Shown here: positions 23,452-36,585 of the stretch, in pieces
Numbering within the stretch: the first letter of the stretch is position 1
Layout of the letters: every line of letters begins with the position of its first letter
Assembly: GCF_001194135.2 (NCBI RefSeq)
Contig: NC_068981.1
Coordinates: forward strand, 3,433,136 to 3,497,135
Source: Octopus bimaculoides
Lineage: Eukaryota
Direction of reading: 5' to 3'
DNA length: 64,000 nt
Made by a program: the position numbers and the translations under genes
Notes under the pieces: model-generated
Told to the model about the DNA's origin: nothing
Seen by the model: the letters and a program-made list of their open reading frames with translations, nothing else
The model's database searches: none

Positions 23452-23973
23452 CAAATTTTTGGATCTTAATGGTTTCATGTATCATCAATAATCATCAACA
23501 GGGTTAAAATTCAATTAAAGAGAAGGAAAATATTTTAAAATATTCAGAATGTTGACTTTGCTTTTCCATAACATCTCAGGCAAGTCAATTATTTTAAGAA
23601 GGATGCCAAAGTCTGTGTGTGTATACATACATGTGTTTATGTGTGTGTATGCATGTGTGAGTGTGAGTATACATGTGTGTATGTGTGCAGGTGGCTGTGT
23701 ACATGTGTGTGGATGAATATGTATGCCATTCTGCGATGCAAATTGGTGGAGGAATTAAACCTTGGCAAAAGAAACCAATAAACCATTTCCTTTCAAACTA
23801 AAAATAGGAATTAATCCACCTGAGTTGCTCCGATGCCCTTGTGTCAATCTTGCCACCAGAAAAGCAGTGAACTGCAGACCAGTCCATTATAAATCTCTAA
23901 CCAATGGCACTACTCTTCACAAAAGACAACAAAATAAATAAATAAAAAAACAAACAAACAAACTTCAGCTTAC

Positions 23974-24052
23974 CTCCTTGTTGCTAAGATATAATCCATA
24001 TGTGAAGGAAGTTTATGGCAATTCCACAAATCATTCATAAATCTTACCAATT
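23974..24052 (-). other. Candidate 79-nt exon of an unidentified minus-strand transcript
   Basis: Acceptor TTCTTTCTCTCTTTCTCTAG and donor GAG|GTAAGC. One frame is open (LVRFMNDLWNCHKLPSHMDYILATR), but the protein is not recognised. Confidence 0.2.
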
Positions 24053-24310
24053 CTAGAGAAAGAGAGAAAGAACATTTGTCAACAGATTATTGAAAATGAA
24101 AAAAAAGCAGATAAACTGATATGGTTATTCATTATTTCATATAATCTTACACCTGCAATCATTACTTAATGGCATTTATGTATTAACCCTTTTCATACCA
24201 ACCACCTGAGATCAGTCCTGGTTCGAGGAGATAAAAACTGCCAGACTTAAACGGATCTGAATTAAAATCCTTCCATCAAAATTCCTTGTTATTCTTTTTT
24301 CTTTTATTTG

Positions 24311-24688
24311 TTTCATACATTTGACTGCGGCCATGCTGGAGCACCGCCTTTAGTCGAGGAAATCGACCCCAGGACTTATTCTTTGTAAGCCTAGTACTTA
24401 TTCTATCGATCTATTTTTGCTGAACCGCTAAGTTACGGGGACGTAAACACACCAGCATCGGTTGTCAAGTGATGTTGGGAGGACAAACACAGATACACAC
24501 ACACACACACATACATATATATACGACGGGCTTCTTTCAGTTTCTGTCTACCAAATCCACTCACAAGGCTTTGGTCGGCCCGAGGCTATAGTAGAAGACA
24601 CTTGCCCAAGATGCCATGCAGTGGGACTGATCCCAGAACCATGTGGTTGGTAAGCAAGCTTCTTACCACACAGCCACTCCTACACCTA
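24311..24688 (-). mobile_element. SINE family C (tRNA head + CORE-like domain), tail type 1
   Basis: Minus-strand head GTGGCTGTGTGGTAAG...GATCAGTCCC, then CTTGGGCAAGTGTCTTCTACTATAGCC (CORE-like). Other copies: 11545-12245(-), 21040-21320(-), 21345-21502(-), 25760-25880(+), 29682-29817(-), 38172-38533(-), 52730-53073(-), 57183-57350(+), plus degenerate copies at 2230-2400, 7975-8105, 15000-15130, 17735-17870, 20130-20300, 34850-35000. Confidence 0.85.
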
Positions 24689-26279
24689 TGTTAATTCATG
24701 TTCCAAACATTAGTTTTAATAATCCTCTCTACACAAGACTAGAAATCTTGTAGGAGAGGAATAGTTGATTACTTCGACCCCAGGGCTTCACTGGTATTTA
24801 ATTTATCGACCCTGAAAGAATGAAAAATAAAGTTGACCTGGGAGAATTTGAACTCAGAACGTAAAGTATTGGAAGAAATGCCACTAAGCATTCTCTCTGG
24901 TGCAATAACAATTCTGCCAGTTCACCACCTTAAACATTTGTTTAATAATGACAAAGTTATTTTACTAAATTCTTGATTATTTTCAAAATTAATTATGGCT
25001 GGCTGGCTCCTGTCAAACCATCTCACCCATGCCAGCATGGAAGCCAGACATTAAATGATGATGATGATGATTTTAACAGACATGTGGTAAGAAAAATGCT
25101 AAAATGGTCTAAATTAAAAACTTCCATCAAAATTCCATGTTAACTTATGTTGTAAACTCCAGTTCAATAATGGTAAACTTATTTTACCAAATTTTTATTT
25201 TCAAAATTCTTTGAAACAGAAATCACTGCATTTTAACAGAAATATAGCAATAAAAGGGTTAAAGAAAAATAATATTTCTTTCAAATATTATTCTTAAAAA
25301 TTCCTTCAAAAGAAACTAATTTATTCCAAACTGTTCACATTTAAATGGTTTTCCTCCTTCTTCCAGGAATTGGCATTTAAAGAACTTTCCTGGTATTTTT
25401 AGATGAAATCAGGCCAAATAACACACATACCAAATATTAAGAATTTCTAACATTTCAAACTGCAGCACTTCAAAAGTTACCAGAATCTTCTCTAAGATCT
25501 CAATAGTAATTCACAGAGCATTTATTATTGGAAGAAGAAACCTTTTAATAATTATCGGAATAGAAGTTAGTAATTAGTGAAGAATTACAAGTAACCATAA
25601 AGGAATGTCACAATATTAATTATAACTTTCCATTAATTACCTATTGTATTATTTAATGCTAATTTACTGCTTCAATTATAAATAGGTAGAAAGAAAACAA
25701 AATGTCACTTGGAATTAATTAGTAAATTCCTGGCATGAAGTTAAATAAACGTGAATTAAGGTGCAGGCATGACTGTGTGGTAAGAAGCTTACTTCCAAAC
25801 ACATGGTTCTAGGTTCAGTCCCACTGTGTGACAACTTGGGCAAGTGTTTTCTACTATAACCTTGGGCTGAACAAAGCCTTTTCGATAGCAACCTGCCTGA
25901 AACTATCCTTGATTCTATGATAGAAACTTTCAGTTTGAAACTGATCTAAATTAAAACCGACCATCAAAATTCTATGTTAACCCATTAAATCGCAGAGTAC
26001 TTCAATTTCTGAATATTACTTCTAAATTTTTACAGATGATTGAAAATAGGTTAAAATGAAAAAAATGATTATTAAAACTCCTTTACTTCAAGTAGAAATT
26101 GAAATACTCGGTGTCCTATAAATAGGACACTGAGACAATGTGATATAGCTTATTTAAGGTCTTCATTTAGTGTCCTATTTAAATTATGTTCCAAACAATA
26201 TATTTAATTATGTTAAATCTCTGAACGAGGTATAAACACTAACTGCACGACAACGTGAATTATATTTGCCACTTAAAAA

Positions 26280-26500
26280 TGCGGCTAAACCCTAAGAGTG
26301 AATGCTACTGTTGCTTTTAGCCCCAGGAGAACATCTCCTCCAGCTGGCTATTGACACACTTTCTGTGCCCTGTCAGTATTTGCAAAGGGAAGTCATCCTT
26401 CTCATCATTGTCGATCTGACGTGATACGCACGGACTCGAGTTTCTGGGTATTTACCCTTCGTCAGCGTACGACAGTCACCGATCTTCGATGCAAAGATAA
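26280..26500 (-). mobile_element. Short CpG-rich HHR-bearing element (PLE terminal repeat or retrozyme-like monomer)
   Basis: About 220 bp, noticeably CpG-rich against its AT-rich flanks (suggesting a young insertion). It contains the near-intact HHR and has no ORF. Confidence 0.5.
26421..26479 (-). ncRNA. Type I hammerhead ribozyme motif, near-intact
   Basis: Minus strand reads CGUACG-CUGACGA-A-GGGU(AAAU)ACCC-A-GAAA-CUCGAG-UC/CGUGCG. Core is 26465-26459, GAAA 26444-26441, palindromic stem III ACUCGAGU, GUC cleavage triplet (C17=26433). Stem I has 6 bp plus a distal GUGA/UCAC helix. Confidence 0.85.
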
Positions 26501-27436
26501 TTTAGTTATTTCACCAAATTTTTCATAATTTTCAAAATTAATTGAAACAAAAGCAGCATATTTTAACAGAAATATTGTAAGAAAGGGGTTAGTTCCTCAT
26601 GTCAGCAGTATGATAACGAAAACAGAGGACATGGTTGAGGGTCATCGAATATCTCCAAAATAAAGCAGTTGTTTATTTGTAGACAATTTAATATGAAATG
26701 TCAATCTCTCTCTCCGTGCTATTTTGCATCTTAGAAACAAAAAAAAAAAAAAAAAAAAAANNNNNNNNNNNNNNNNNNNNNNNNNNNNNNNNNNNNNNNN
26801 NNNNNNNNNNNNNNNNNNNNNNNNNNNNNNNNNNNNNNNNNNNNNNNNNNNNNNNNNNNNNNNNNNNNNNNNNNNNNNNNNNNNNNNNNNNNNNNNNNNN
26901 NNNNNNNNNNNNNNNNNNNNNNNNNNNNNNNNNNNNNNNNNNNNNNNNNNNNNNNNNNNNNNNNNNNNNNNNNNNNNNNNNNNNNNNNNNNNNNNNNNNN
27001 NNNNNNNNNNNNNNNNNNNNNNNNNNNNNNNNNNNNNNNNNNNACACACACACACACAAAGTAATGGGAATTGCTAAGTTTTATTGCAACTTATATTCAG
27101 GTCATAAACGTCAAAACTATTTGACATTTTGATTCCCCACACACCTCTATACTACCCACTCACTCCCCCACCCCATCCAAAGATTATTACTAACACCAGT
27201 TTGAAAATCACATAAATAGCAAATTTCACCAGGATGAAACATTCTTTAATTGTTTTGACAGCAACCCACCTGACACTTCCCCTCGTTTTGTTATAAATAC
27301 TCCGGGGGGGGGGGGGTTAAAGTGGCCAAAACTAAAAAGCTTCCATCATAATTCCATGTAGGGTAAACTATCCCTTTATCTACCTAATGAGCTATCTATC
27401 CACCTATCAACCTCTCCATCCCTCTAGCTATCGATC

Positions 27437-27468
<32 letters not shown>

Positions 27469-27945
27469 AATTATACACACATACACATATATAGGTATAT
27501 TATTATTATTTCATCCTCCAGTGTTTTAAATCCAGGTTTTGCCCCCATTAACAGGGGAGGGCAAATCTACTTCTATGCCATAGCAACCGCGCCCTCTCAC
27601 CATCTCGCCTGGTTTTGGGTGTCCGCCCTTTTCAAACCAACTCTTCCAATCTCCTCCTCCATCTGTCCCCTCCACCTTTTCCTCTGTCTACCTCATTTTC
27701 ACGCTCCATTTACCACAAGTCTACCTAATCCTTTCTACTATAGACACAAGGCCTGAAATTTGGGGGAGGGGGACTAGTTGATTACATCGACCCCAGCATT
27801 TCACTGGTACTTAATTCATCAACCCCGAAAGGATGAAATGCAAAAACGACCTCGGCAGAATTTGAACTTAGAATGTAGAGACCAGTTGAATACCGCTAAG
27901 CATTTTGTCCAGTGTGCTAACGATTATGACAGCTCACCACCTTAC

Positions 27946-27976
<31 letters not shown>

Positions 27977-28576
27977 GACTCTTCCATCGAAGATGACGTA
28001 TGAGTGTTTGGCTTTTGCAGAACAAGCTGTACAAAGGATTTTTTATTGCGATCAAATGCATGTGTTGTACATTAGCTCACTCTCTCTCCATCAAATTGAT
28101 GTTGCCTGAACAGGTGTACAGGTGTGACATGCGTCAGGTATCAAAGTGATTGCAGAACAGTATGAGATGAAGTGTTTTGCTCAAGAACACAATTGCACCA
28201 CCCAGTCTAGGAATTGAAACCATGATTGCTAGATCACAAATGCAACACTAACCACTAAGCCATGTGTCCTTACAACAATCATCATCATTGTCGTTTAACG
28301 TCCACTTTCCATGCTAGCATGAGTTGGACTGTTTGACTGAGGACTGGTGAGCCAGAGGCTGTACCAGGCTCAATCTGATCTGGCAAAGTTTCTACAGCTG
28401 GATGCCCTTCTTAATGCCAACCACTCTGAGAGTGTAGTGGGTGCTTTTACGTGCCACCAGCACGAGGGCCAGTCAGGCAGTACTGGCAACAGCCATGCTC
28501 AAATGGTGTCTTTTACGTGCCACCTGCACAGGAGCCAATCCAGCGGCACTGGCAATGACCTCGCTCAAATGTTTTT

Positions 28577-28610
<34 letters not shown>

Positions 28611-28629
28611 AATGATAATGATAATAATA

Positions 28630-28660
<31 letters not shown>

Positions 28661-30032
28661 TAATAAACAAGAAGAAGAAAAGACTTTCTTTTTTTGTTCA
28701 GTCCATGTTTAGGAGTAACAGGATGAATAGGGAAGGTGGGGGGAGCTGGCAGAAACGTTAGCATGCCGGGCAAAATGCTTAGCAGTATTTTGTCTGTCTT
28801 TACGTTCTGAGTTCAAATTCCAGCAAGGTCAACTTTGCCTTTCATCCTTTCGGAGTCAATAAATTAAGCACCAGTTGTATACTGAGATTGATCTAATTGA
28901 CTGGCCCCCTCCCCCAAAATTTCGGGCCCTGTGTCTAGGAAGGAGGAAACAAAAAAAGAGAAACCTTAAACACAGGCATTAAAAAAATCAAATTGTTCGC
29001 AACCGAATAGCAAAGCTTCATTATAGATGAAAGATGCAATAACGAAGCCATTAATTATAATCTTGCTCTGACACTCATTATAATCTCTGTTCAATAGACA
29101 TTACAAATTGATCAAATAATATAAATTGTAATTTCCATTCTTCATGGAATTAAATGACAAACAAAAACAAAAAAAAAAACAAATAAACAAACAAAATGAA
29201 GCTGTTTATAAAAGTTGCTGCTTCATGCATAAATATTGTTGTCTTTAATATTGCTGTTGTTGTTGTTGTTTAGTCCCATGTCAGCACCAATCAAGCAGAC
29301 ATAATTTCAAAGGCTCTCCAGCCATGACAGTTCCAGCTCTTAAAATCTTGTTGAAAATTGTTTCAGTCAAAAACCTTGTCCTATAATGATTCTGTTACAG
29401 AACAGAAATAAACAGTAGAGGAAAGTGGCCTACTTCCTTACAAGGTTAGTTGTTTTCAACCATGACCATCACCACTGCAACTGTCATACACACACCATTC
29501 AAACTTCTTAAACCACCACCACCACCAACACCTTTGACTTCGCTGCTGCCTTCCTCTCCACCACCATCACCAGTCTTTCACATCCCTTACTATCACCATC
29601 ATGCTTGACTGCCTCAGCTACCTCCACCACCAACGGACGTTGAATGACGATGATTGATTATATATATATATATATATATATGACGGGCTTCTTTCAGTTT
29701 CCGTCTACCAAATCCACTCACAAGGCTTTGGTCAGCCCAAGGCTATAGTGCCAGGCAGTGGGACTGAACCTGGAACCATGTGGCTGGTAAGCAAGCTACT
29801 TACTACACCGCCACTCCTGTATAGTATTAAAGTGAGAGTGAAAGATAGAGTAGAAGGTAGATATACTAAACTGACAAGCTGTACATTGCATTGGAGTAAA
29901 CAAGTGAAAATTACTGCAAGAGGAGCAAGGGGAGGAGAGGTTGTAAAGGAGCATTAATACAGCAGTACTTAGAGCAGCACATATACTTGCATGTATAAGT
30001 GTATGTGTGTGTATATATATATATATATATAT

Positions 30033-30097
<65 letters not shown>

Positions 30098-33000
30098 TAT
30101 ACATTCACACAAACACACATAGTTACATGCACACATACACACCATGTCCAAGAAAACACCAAACGAAGGCTGAAAACTGAGTTAATGCGGCTGTCCTGTA
30201 GCAAAAGATTAAATTAGGTTGGCTGAGTCTCCAATAATTGTTTGTTAAGCAGGTAATTAATGAAGGTTTGAGATGTTTCTCACTTACTAAAATGACATCA
30301 TTAGCAAATCAACATGACACGAAGACATTTTGTTTGGCTTTTTTTGTATGTCTTTCGGTGCTTGTGTGCTTAAAAAATTTCATTTTGACATGAAAATGCT
30401 TACTGGAAATGTTAAACCAGTGATTTTTTACATTTCTTTGGTGTTTTGCCACACTGGAAATTGCAATTACTTCTTCCCCACCTGAATTACTCTTATGGAA
30501 AACATGCTTTGGCATGGTTTCTATGGTTGGATGCCCTTCCTAATTCCAACCACTTAGTGTGCTGGGTGCTTTTTGTGTGGCACCAGCAGCAATGAGGTTA
30601 CCATATAACTTGGAAGACAAAGAGAAACACTCTTGCCTGAGTGGGGATGTAATAGAGAGGACGATGTCTTTATGCCAGGCGCTGAAGGACAGGAACAGGT
30701 GTCTTACTGTAGAGGAGACATGGCTACCCTGCATTGTATAAGAGTAGGACAGCAAGCTGGCAGAATCGTTAGCATGCCAGGTGAAATACTTGTATTTTGT
30801 CTGCCGTTACGTTCTAAGTTCAAATTCCACCCAAGTCGACTTTGCCTTTCATCCTTTCGGGGTCGATTAAATAAATACCAGTTATGCACTGGGGTCAATG
30901 TAATCGACTTAATCCCGTTGTCTGTCCTTGTTTGTCCCCTCTATGTTTATCCCCCTGTGGGCAATAAAGAAATATATATAAGAGTAGGTGGCAACAGGTA
31001 GAAGGAAGACAAAGTTGGTGGTGACGAGATGTCAGGGTGTACCCTTAAGGTACAAGAGGGTGAGTAAAAGAGAGAACAGAGACAGAACATCAAGAAGTTT
31101 GGGTGGGTAAGTTTGCAACAAGAGATGTGATTTTTTTTTTCTACTTTTCATTCTCTACAAGTCTTAGAAGCTCTACAGAAGCAGATGTGAGCAATGCTTT
31201 TCTTCCTCTGACTAATGTTACAACCCACTTTACTCCTTCCTCATATAAATTGAAGACTTCAAAGAAATGTCTATTGTCATATGCATGGAGGACAATGAGA
31301 ATCAAAACAACGACAGAAGACTTCTTAAAATATTCCCTCAGATTCTTTATGTTCTGAGTTCAAATTCTGACAAGGTCGACTTTGCCTTTCTTCCTTTCGG
31401 GGTTGATAAATTAAGTACCGGTTGCATACTGAGGTCAATCTAATCGACTGGCCCCCTCCCCCAAAATTTCAGGCCTTGTGCCTAGAGTAGAAAAGAATAT
31501 ATTCCTTCAGATTTGAATGCGGATGTACTAATCATCCTTAGAGAACAGCTTCCCCTTTCAGATGATGTCATCCGCAAAACACTCGATTCATTGAGATGCT
31601 GCAGTATTTCAATCTGGTTATGTCTCTTCAGTGAAAGCTACTCCCAGATTAATCAAGCTAAATAAGAAATGTTCATAGAATTCAGCAAGCAAATTATTTT
31701 CTGATGTCTGTTGATGTCTGCCTGGCTCTCAGTCAGTTATGACAAGTGTTCCAGTTACAGCTACCCCTGGATCGATGGATCTAACCAAGGATGGTGGTAC
31801 TTGTTTATGGAATTTAACTAAAAGTTATTTGCTAGTGTCTACTAAACTAATAATCTTGTCTACTGTAGGCACAAGGCCTGAAATTTGGGGGATAGGGTTA
31901 AACTGATTACATCGACCCCAGGACACAACTGGTACTTAATTTATTGACCCCGAAAGGATGAAAGGCAAAGTCGACCTCGGTAGAATTTGAACTCAGAGAC
32001 CATAGAAAATCAAAATGATTCTGAGTATGAGGCCTTGCCTCAATGAACTGAGTGCATTGTGAGCACACACTGTGTAAAAAGGAGAAATTGATCTTTGAAG
32101 ACAAAATACAGTGATTGGCACACACATGTTCAAATCTGCCAGAACATATAAAAAATTGAATATGGACATCTTTGTTTTGATTTCTGCCATTCTTTGTACA
32201 CATGACCATTTATTATTAGTTCGGTAGACAGGTGGCGAGCTGGCAGAATCGTTAGCACGCCAGGCAAAATGCTTAGCAGTATTTTGTCTGCCGCTATATT
32301 CTGAGTTCAAATTCTGCTGAGGTCAACTTTGCCTTTCGTCTTTTCAGGTCCAAATTTCATGCCTTGTGCCTATAGTAGACAGGATTATTAGTTTGGTAGA
32401 CATCAGCAAATAACTTTTAGTTGAATTCTATAAACAAGTACGACCATTCTTGGCTAGATTCATTGATCCAGGGGAGCTTTAACTGAAGAGATAAAACCAG
32501 GTCAAAACATCACAGTGTCTCAAAGTCCCCTTACATCAATGAATTGGGTGTGTGATGAACACACATCATCTGAAAAGAGAAGTTATCCTCCACAGACAAA
32601 ATACAACAGTGATAAGCATATTCCTTTTAGAATCAACCAGAAGGTACTAGAATTAAATATGCACCTCACTGTACAAAGACATATGCTTTCCCTTATATTT
32701 TTCTTCAAAACTTCCAATACCACCCAGAACTCACAAAAACTTGATCATGTTATAAAACACAAAACACCAGAACATAATAAACTATTTTAAACCAACATAA
32801 TCCACATCGATTGAAAATATTCTTGACTTACTGAGCCATAATATTTAAGAGAAAAAGAGATTAGACTAACATTTACCTAACCATTTGGGATTTTTTTATT
32901 TTCCTGTTTCAGTCGATAGATTCTTTTTGTTCCCTCCCCACCATCAACTGTCAGTATCTATCAGCAAAATATCTTGAAATATTGCTGAGATCAACACTTC

Positions 33001-33312
33001 GGTTAGCGCAGTGAAATCATACCAAGAACATGTCACTACCAGGCTTGCTGCCGGAATGTTCTTTTTATATAACAAAACACTATTTATATATGTATGCATG
33101 TATATATATATGTGTGTGTGTGTATGTGTATAGATATGGATGGGTAGGTAGATAGATAAATTTACACACACAATTATATACATTGATGTCGACAATAAAG
33201 GTAACAAAAACAAAAAGACTAGCAAGGCATGAATAGGATTAATGGCTGTTATGTATGTATATCATCATATATATATATACATATATATACACACACACAC
33301 ACACATCATCAT

Positions 33313-33344
<32 letters not shown>

Positions 33345-33433
33345 AATTTCTGCACACACACACATGTGAATGTACATATACATATTTATTTACATAAACA
33401 TACACACCCACATGTATACACACACGATAGAGT

Positions 33434-34316
33434 GTGAGCGCCCTGAGAGAAAAGTTGGACACAAGAAGCATCAAATGTGGTGTGCAAAAGAGACAACTGC
33501 ACTGGTATGGTCATGTGTTACGTATGGATGAGGACAGCTGTGTGAGGAAGTGCCACACCCTAACTGTGGAAGGAACCTGTGGAAGAGGCAATCCAGGAAG
33601 ACATGCGATGAAGTAGTGAAGCATGACCTTCAAACGTTGAGCCTCACAGAGGCAATGACAGGAGACCGAGACCTTTGGAGATATCCTGTGATTGAGAAGA
33701 CCCAGCAACTAAAGTGAGATCGCAGCCATAGCCAATGCCAGTGTTGCAGGTCCAGCACATTTAAGAGTACCCTTGTTGCATCAGGTGATATATGCTTGAG
33801 AAGACCTTTTGAGTCAAGTAAAACCAAAATCGTAGCTGTGGCCAGTGCCCCCTAAATGGCTCCTGTTTCAGTGGCACATAAAATGCATCATCCGAATGTG
33901 GTCGATGCCAGTGCTCCCTGACTGGCTCCCATGCTGGTGGCACATAAAGAGCACTATCTGAACGTGACTGATGCCAGGGCCACCTGACTGGCTCCTGTTT
34001 CGGTGGCACATAAAATGCATCATCCGAATGTGGTTGATGCCAGTGCTCCCTGACTGGCTCCCATGCTGGTGGCACGTAAAAAGCACTATCTGAACGTGAT
34101 CAATACCTGTGCCACCTGACTGGCTCCTGTGCCGGTGGCACATACAAAGCACCCACTACACTCTCGGAGTGGTTGATGTTAGGAAGGGCATCCAGCTGTA
34201 GAAACCTTGCCAGATCAGATTGAGCCTGGTGCAGCCTTCTGGCATGCCAGCCCTCAGTCAAACCGTCCAACCCATGCCAGCATGGAAAGCAGATGTTAAA
34301 CGATGATGATGATGAT
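33434..34316 (+). mobile_element. RTE-clade LINE 3' fragment (ORF C-terminus + 3' UTR + (GAT)n tail), frameshifted
   Basis: QLHWYGHVLRMDEDSCVRKCHTLTVEGTCGRG, then frameshifted RKTCDEVVKHDL...DRDLWRY* (~33717). The UTR has a 66-nt tandem array and ends CCATGCCAGCATGG...GTTAAACGATGATG. Confidence 0.85.
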
Positions 34317-36210
34317 GTATGTATATGTATACACACACATACATTTGAAGTAAAGCTTAAAGAACTTCACCAATTCCCAACATTATCATCAAAGAATACA
34401 AAACACTTTACACCTCTCATAATGGCTTCTGGATCCAGTAAGAAAAAAGTGTTGTTATTCAAGAAATGCCTGACAGAGCCAACATTAACCATTATTATAC
34501 ACTTATCCAGCACCTATGATTAACTAACTTCATTAATCACAAACAACAGTCTTCAGTCTTGTCAGGCCATCAATCAATCACTGACCCCCACCGCCGTCAC
34601 CCACTATCTATCTTGAAATTCTGAAAAAGATGCTAAGCACATGAGAATAGTAGAGTGTGTTATTGCTTTATTGCCCACAAGAGGTGTGTGTGTGTGTGTG
34701 TGAGTGAGAGCATGTGCAAGTATGTGTGTGTAGTATGCATGTACAGAACAGCTGTGCCCAAGCATACACACACACACACCACAGTCTTTGTACATACATA
34801 TACACATTTAAGGTACAAAGCTGTTTATTCTAAAATATGGTCCACTTTAAGAATGGTCATGTGGTTAAGAGGTTTGTTTCACAACCACAAAGTTTCAGGT
34901 TCAATCCTAGAGCGTGGCACTTTGAGTAACTTTCTCTGCTGTAGCCCCATGCCAGTTACAGTCTTGTGAGTGGATATGACAGACAGAAACTGGAAGAAGC
35001 GAATCATACAAACACACATATATATACACATGTATGCACATATATACACACACACATATATATATATATTCTTTTTTACTCTAGGCACAAGGCCCAAAAT
35101 TTTTGGGGAGGCAGTCAGTTGATTAGATCAACCGCAATATGCAAATGGTACTTAATTTATCGACCCTGAAAGGATGAAAGGCAAAGTCAACCTCAGTGGA
35201 ATTTGAACTCAGAACGTAAAGACAAACGAAATACTGCTAAGCATTTCACCCGGCCCCCTAACGCTTCTGGCAGCTTGCTGCCTTGCACACACACATATAT
35301 ATTGCTTTCCAACTATTTAGTTTTAGGTTCGGTCTGACTTATTCTACAGCTCTGCGCCAACCAGCCAACCAAGGCCTTGTGAGTGAAAGACGGCCATTGC
35401 ATATGCGTGTGTGCATATGTAACAAATGTGCAGAGCATACAGAACAGCTGTGCACACAGAATACAAAGCTTGTATATTTAGAAATATACACCCCACAAAG
35501 ATAAATATAATTTGAAACTGTTGTACAATAGTTTGTTTTAGAAGCATTCTGAAGGTTTGTTGCTGTTGTTGTTGTTTAAACCCCAGGTCAGCCTTATCTG
35601 AACAAACCTATGATCAATAGGATTCAACCCATGACCATCTTGCCTTATTTTAAGGCAAGCCGAGTATCTTGTGGAACCCCTCCCCTTATTTTTTAAGGTA
35701 TATGGAAGTGACATTGGAGCAAGACATGTGTCTGACCTTTTGGGGTCTTGTTGAGCCAACCAGCTCATGTCTGCATGGAAACCAGACACGAAAGATTAAT
35801 GATGATGATGATGATGGTGTGAAGGTAATTTGGCTGCTGTTTCTAACAAGTTGATAGACCATATTCAAACACTCTTTCACTTGTTCATCGTTAGGCTTTT
35901 TTTTTTAAAAAAAGAAAAACAAAAATAAAAAGTATTTGTTTCTGGGTTTATGATCTTCAGCAGATATAAGATAAATAATATGACCCTGGATACAATGTCA
36001 GGCAACACTATGGCTAGCTTTTCCAGATAACCTGGTATCTATAGCCATCAGCACTGACCAGTCAGGTAATGTGAAGTTCTGTATTCAATCCACAAATACA
36101 ACAAAATGCCCACAACATTACATTTGAATTGATGACCATTGAGAAAATAGTTCAATGTTGTATCCCCCACTCAGTTATCTCCCCCTTCAACCTTTTTTTC
36201 GGGGGGGGGG

Positions 36211-36585
36211 GCAGTGATGTTGGTTAAGAAATTTACTTCTCAACCATATGATCTTGGGTTCAGTCCCACTGTGCAGCACCTTAGACAACTGTCTTCTACT
36301 ATATAATCCTGGGCCAACCAAAGCCTTGTGAGTAGATTTGGTAAACAGAATCTGGAAAAAAGCTTGTTGATGTGTGTTTCTTTGCCTGAACGTCATGTTG
36401 TAGCTGTAAATGAGCATCACTGTTATACAAGAAGTGTTGTTTTGTTTCCAGTCTTCTGTGAAAACATGACCAGCCATGGGGAAATATTAACTTGTCAGGA
36501 GAGGTGCGAGAGTTGGTAACAGGAAGAGCATCCTACTAGCAGCGACCCATGCAGTCATGGAAAGATGGATGTTAAAATAATGATG
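36211..36585 (+). mobile_element. SINE family C head/core with RTE-type 3' tail (tail type 2)
   Basis: Same head and core, but the 3' end is GGAAGAGCATCC...CCATGCAGTCATGG...GATGTTAAAATAATGATG. A second copy is at 13283-13710; tail-only pieces are at 8590-8740, 18480-18610, 54590-54780 and 61640-61830. Confidence 0.7.

Noticed and set aside
26107-26134. 13-bp hairpin CTCGGTGTCCTAT/ATAGGACACTGAG
   Set aside because: The arm recurs at ~26169, so it is most likely juxtaposed termini of a small DNA element.
31200-31680. Protein-like frames interrupted by a SINE with ~15-bp TSD
   Set aside because: No consistent frame or recognisable motif after removing the SINE; possibly an old LINE, but this is unsupported.
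33871-34160. CRISPR-like array
   Set aside because: Units are similar along their whole length with no unique spacers, and they lie inside an RTE 3' UTR in eukaryotic DNA.
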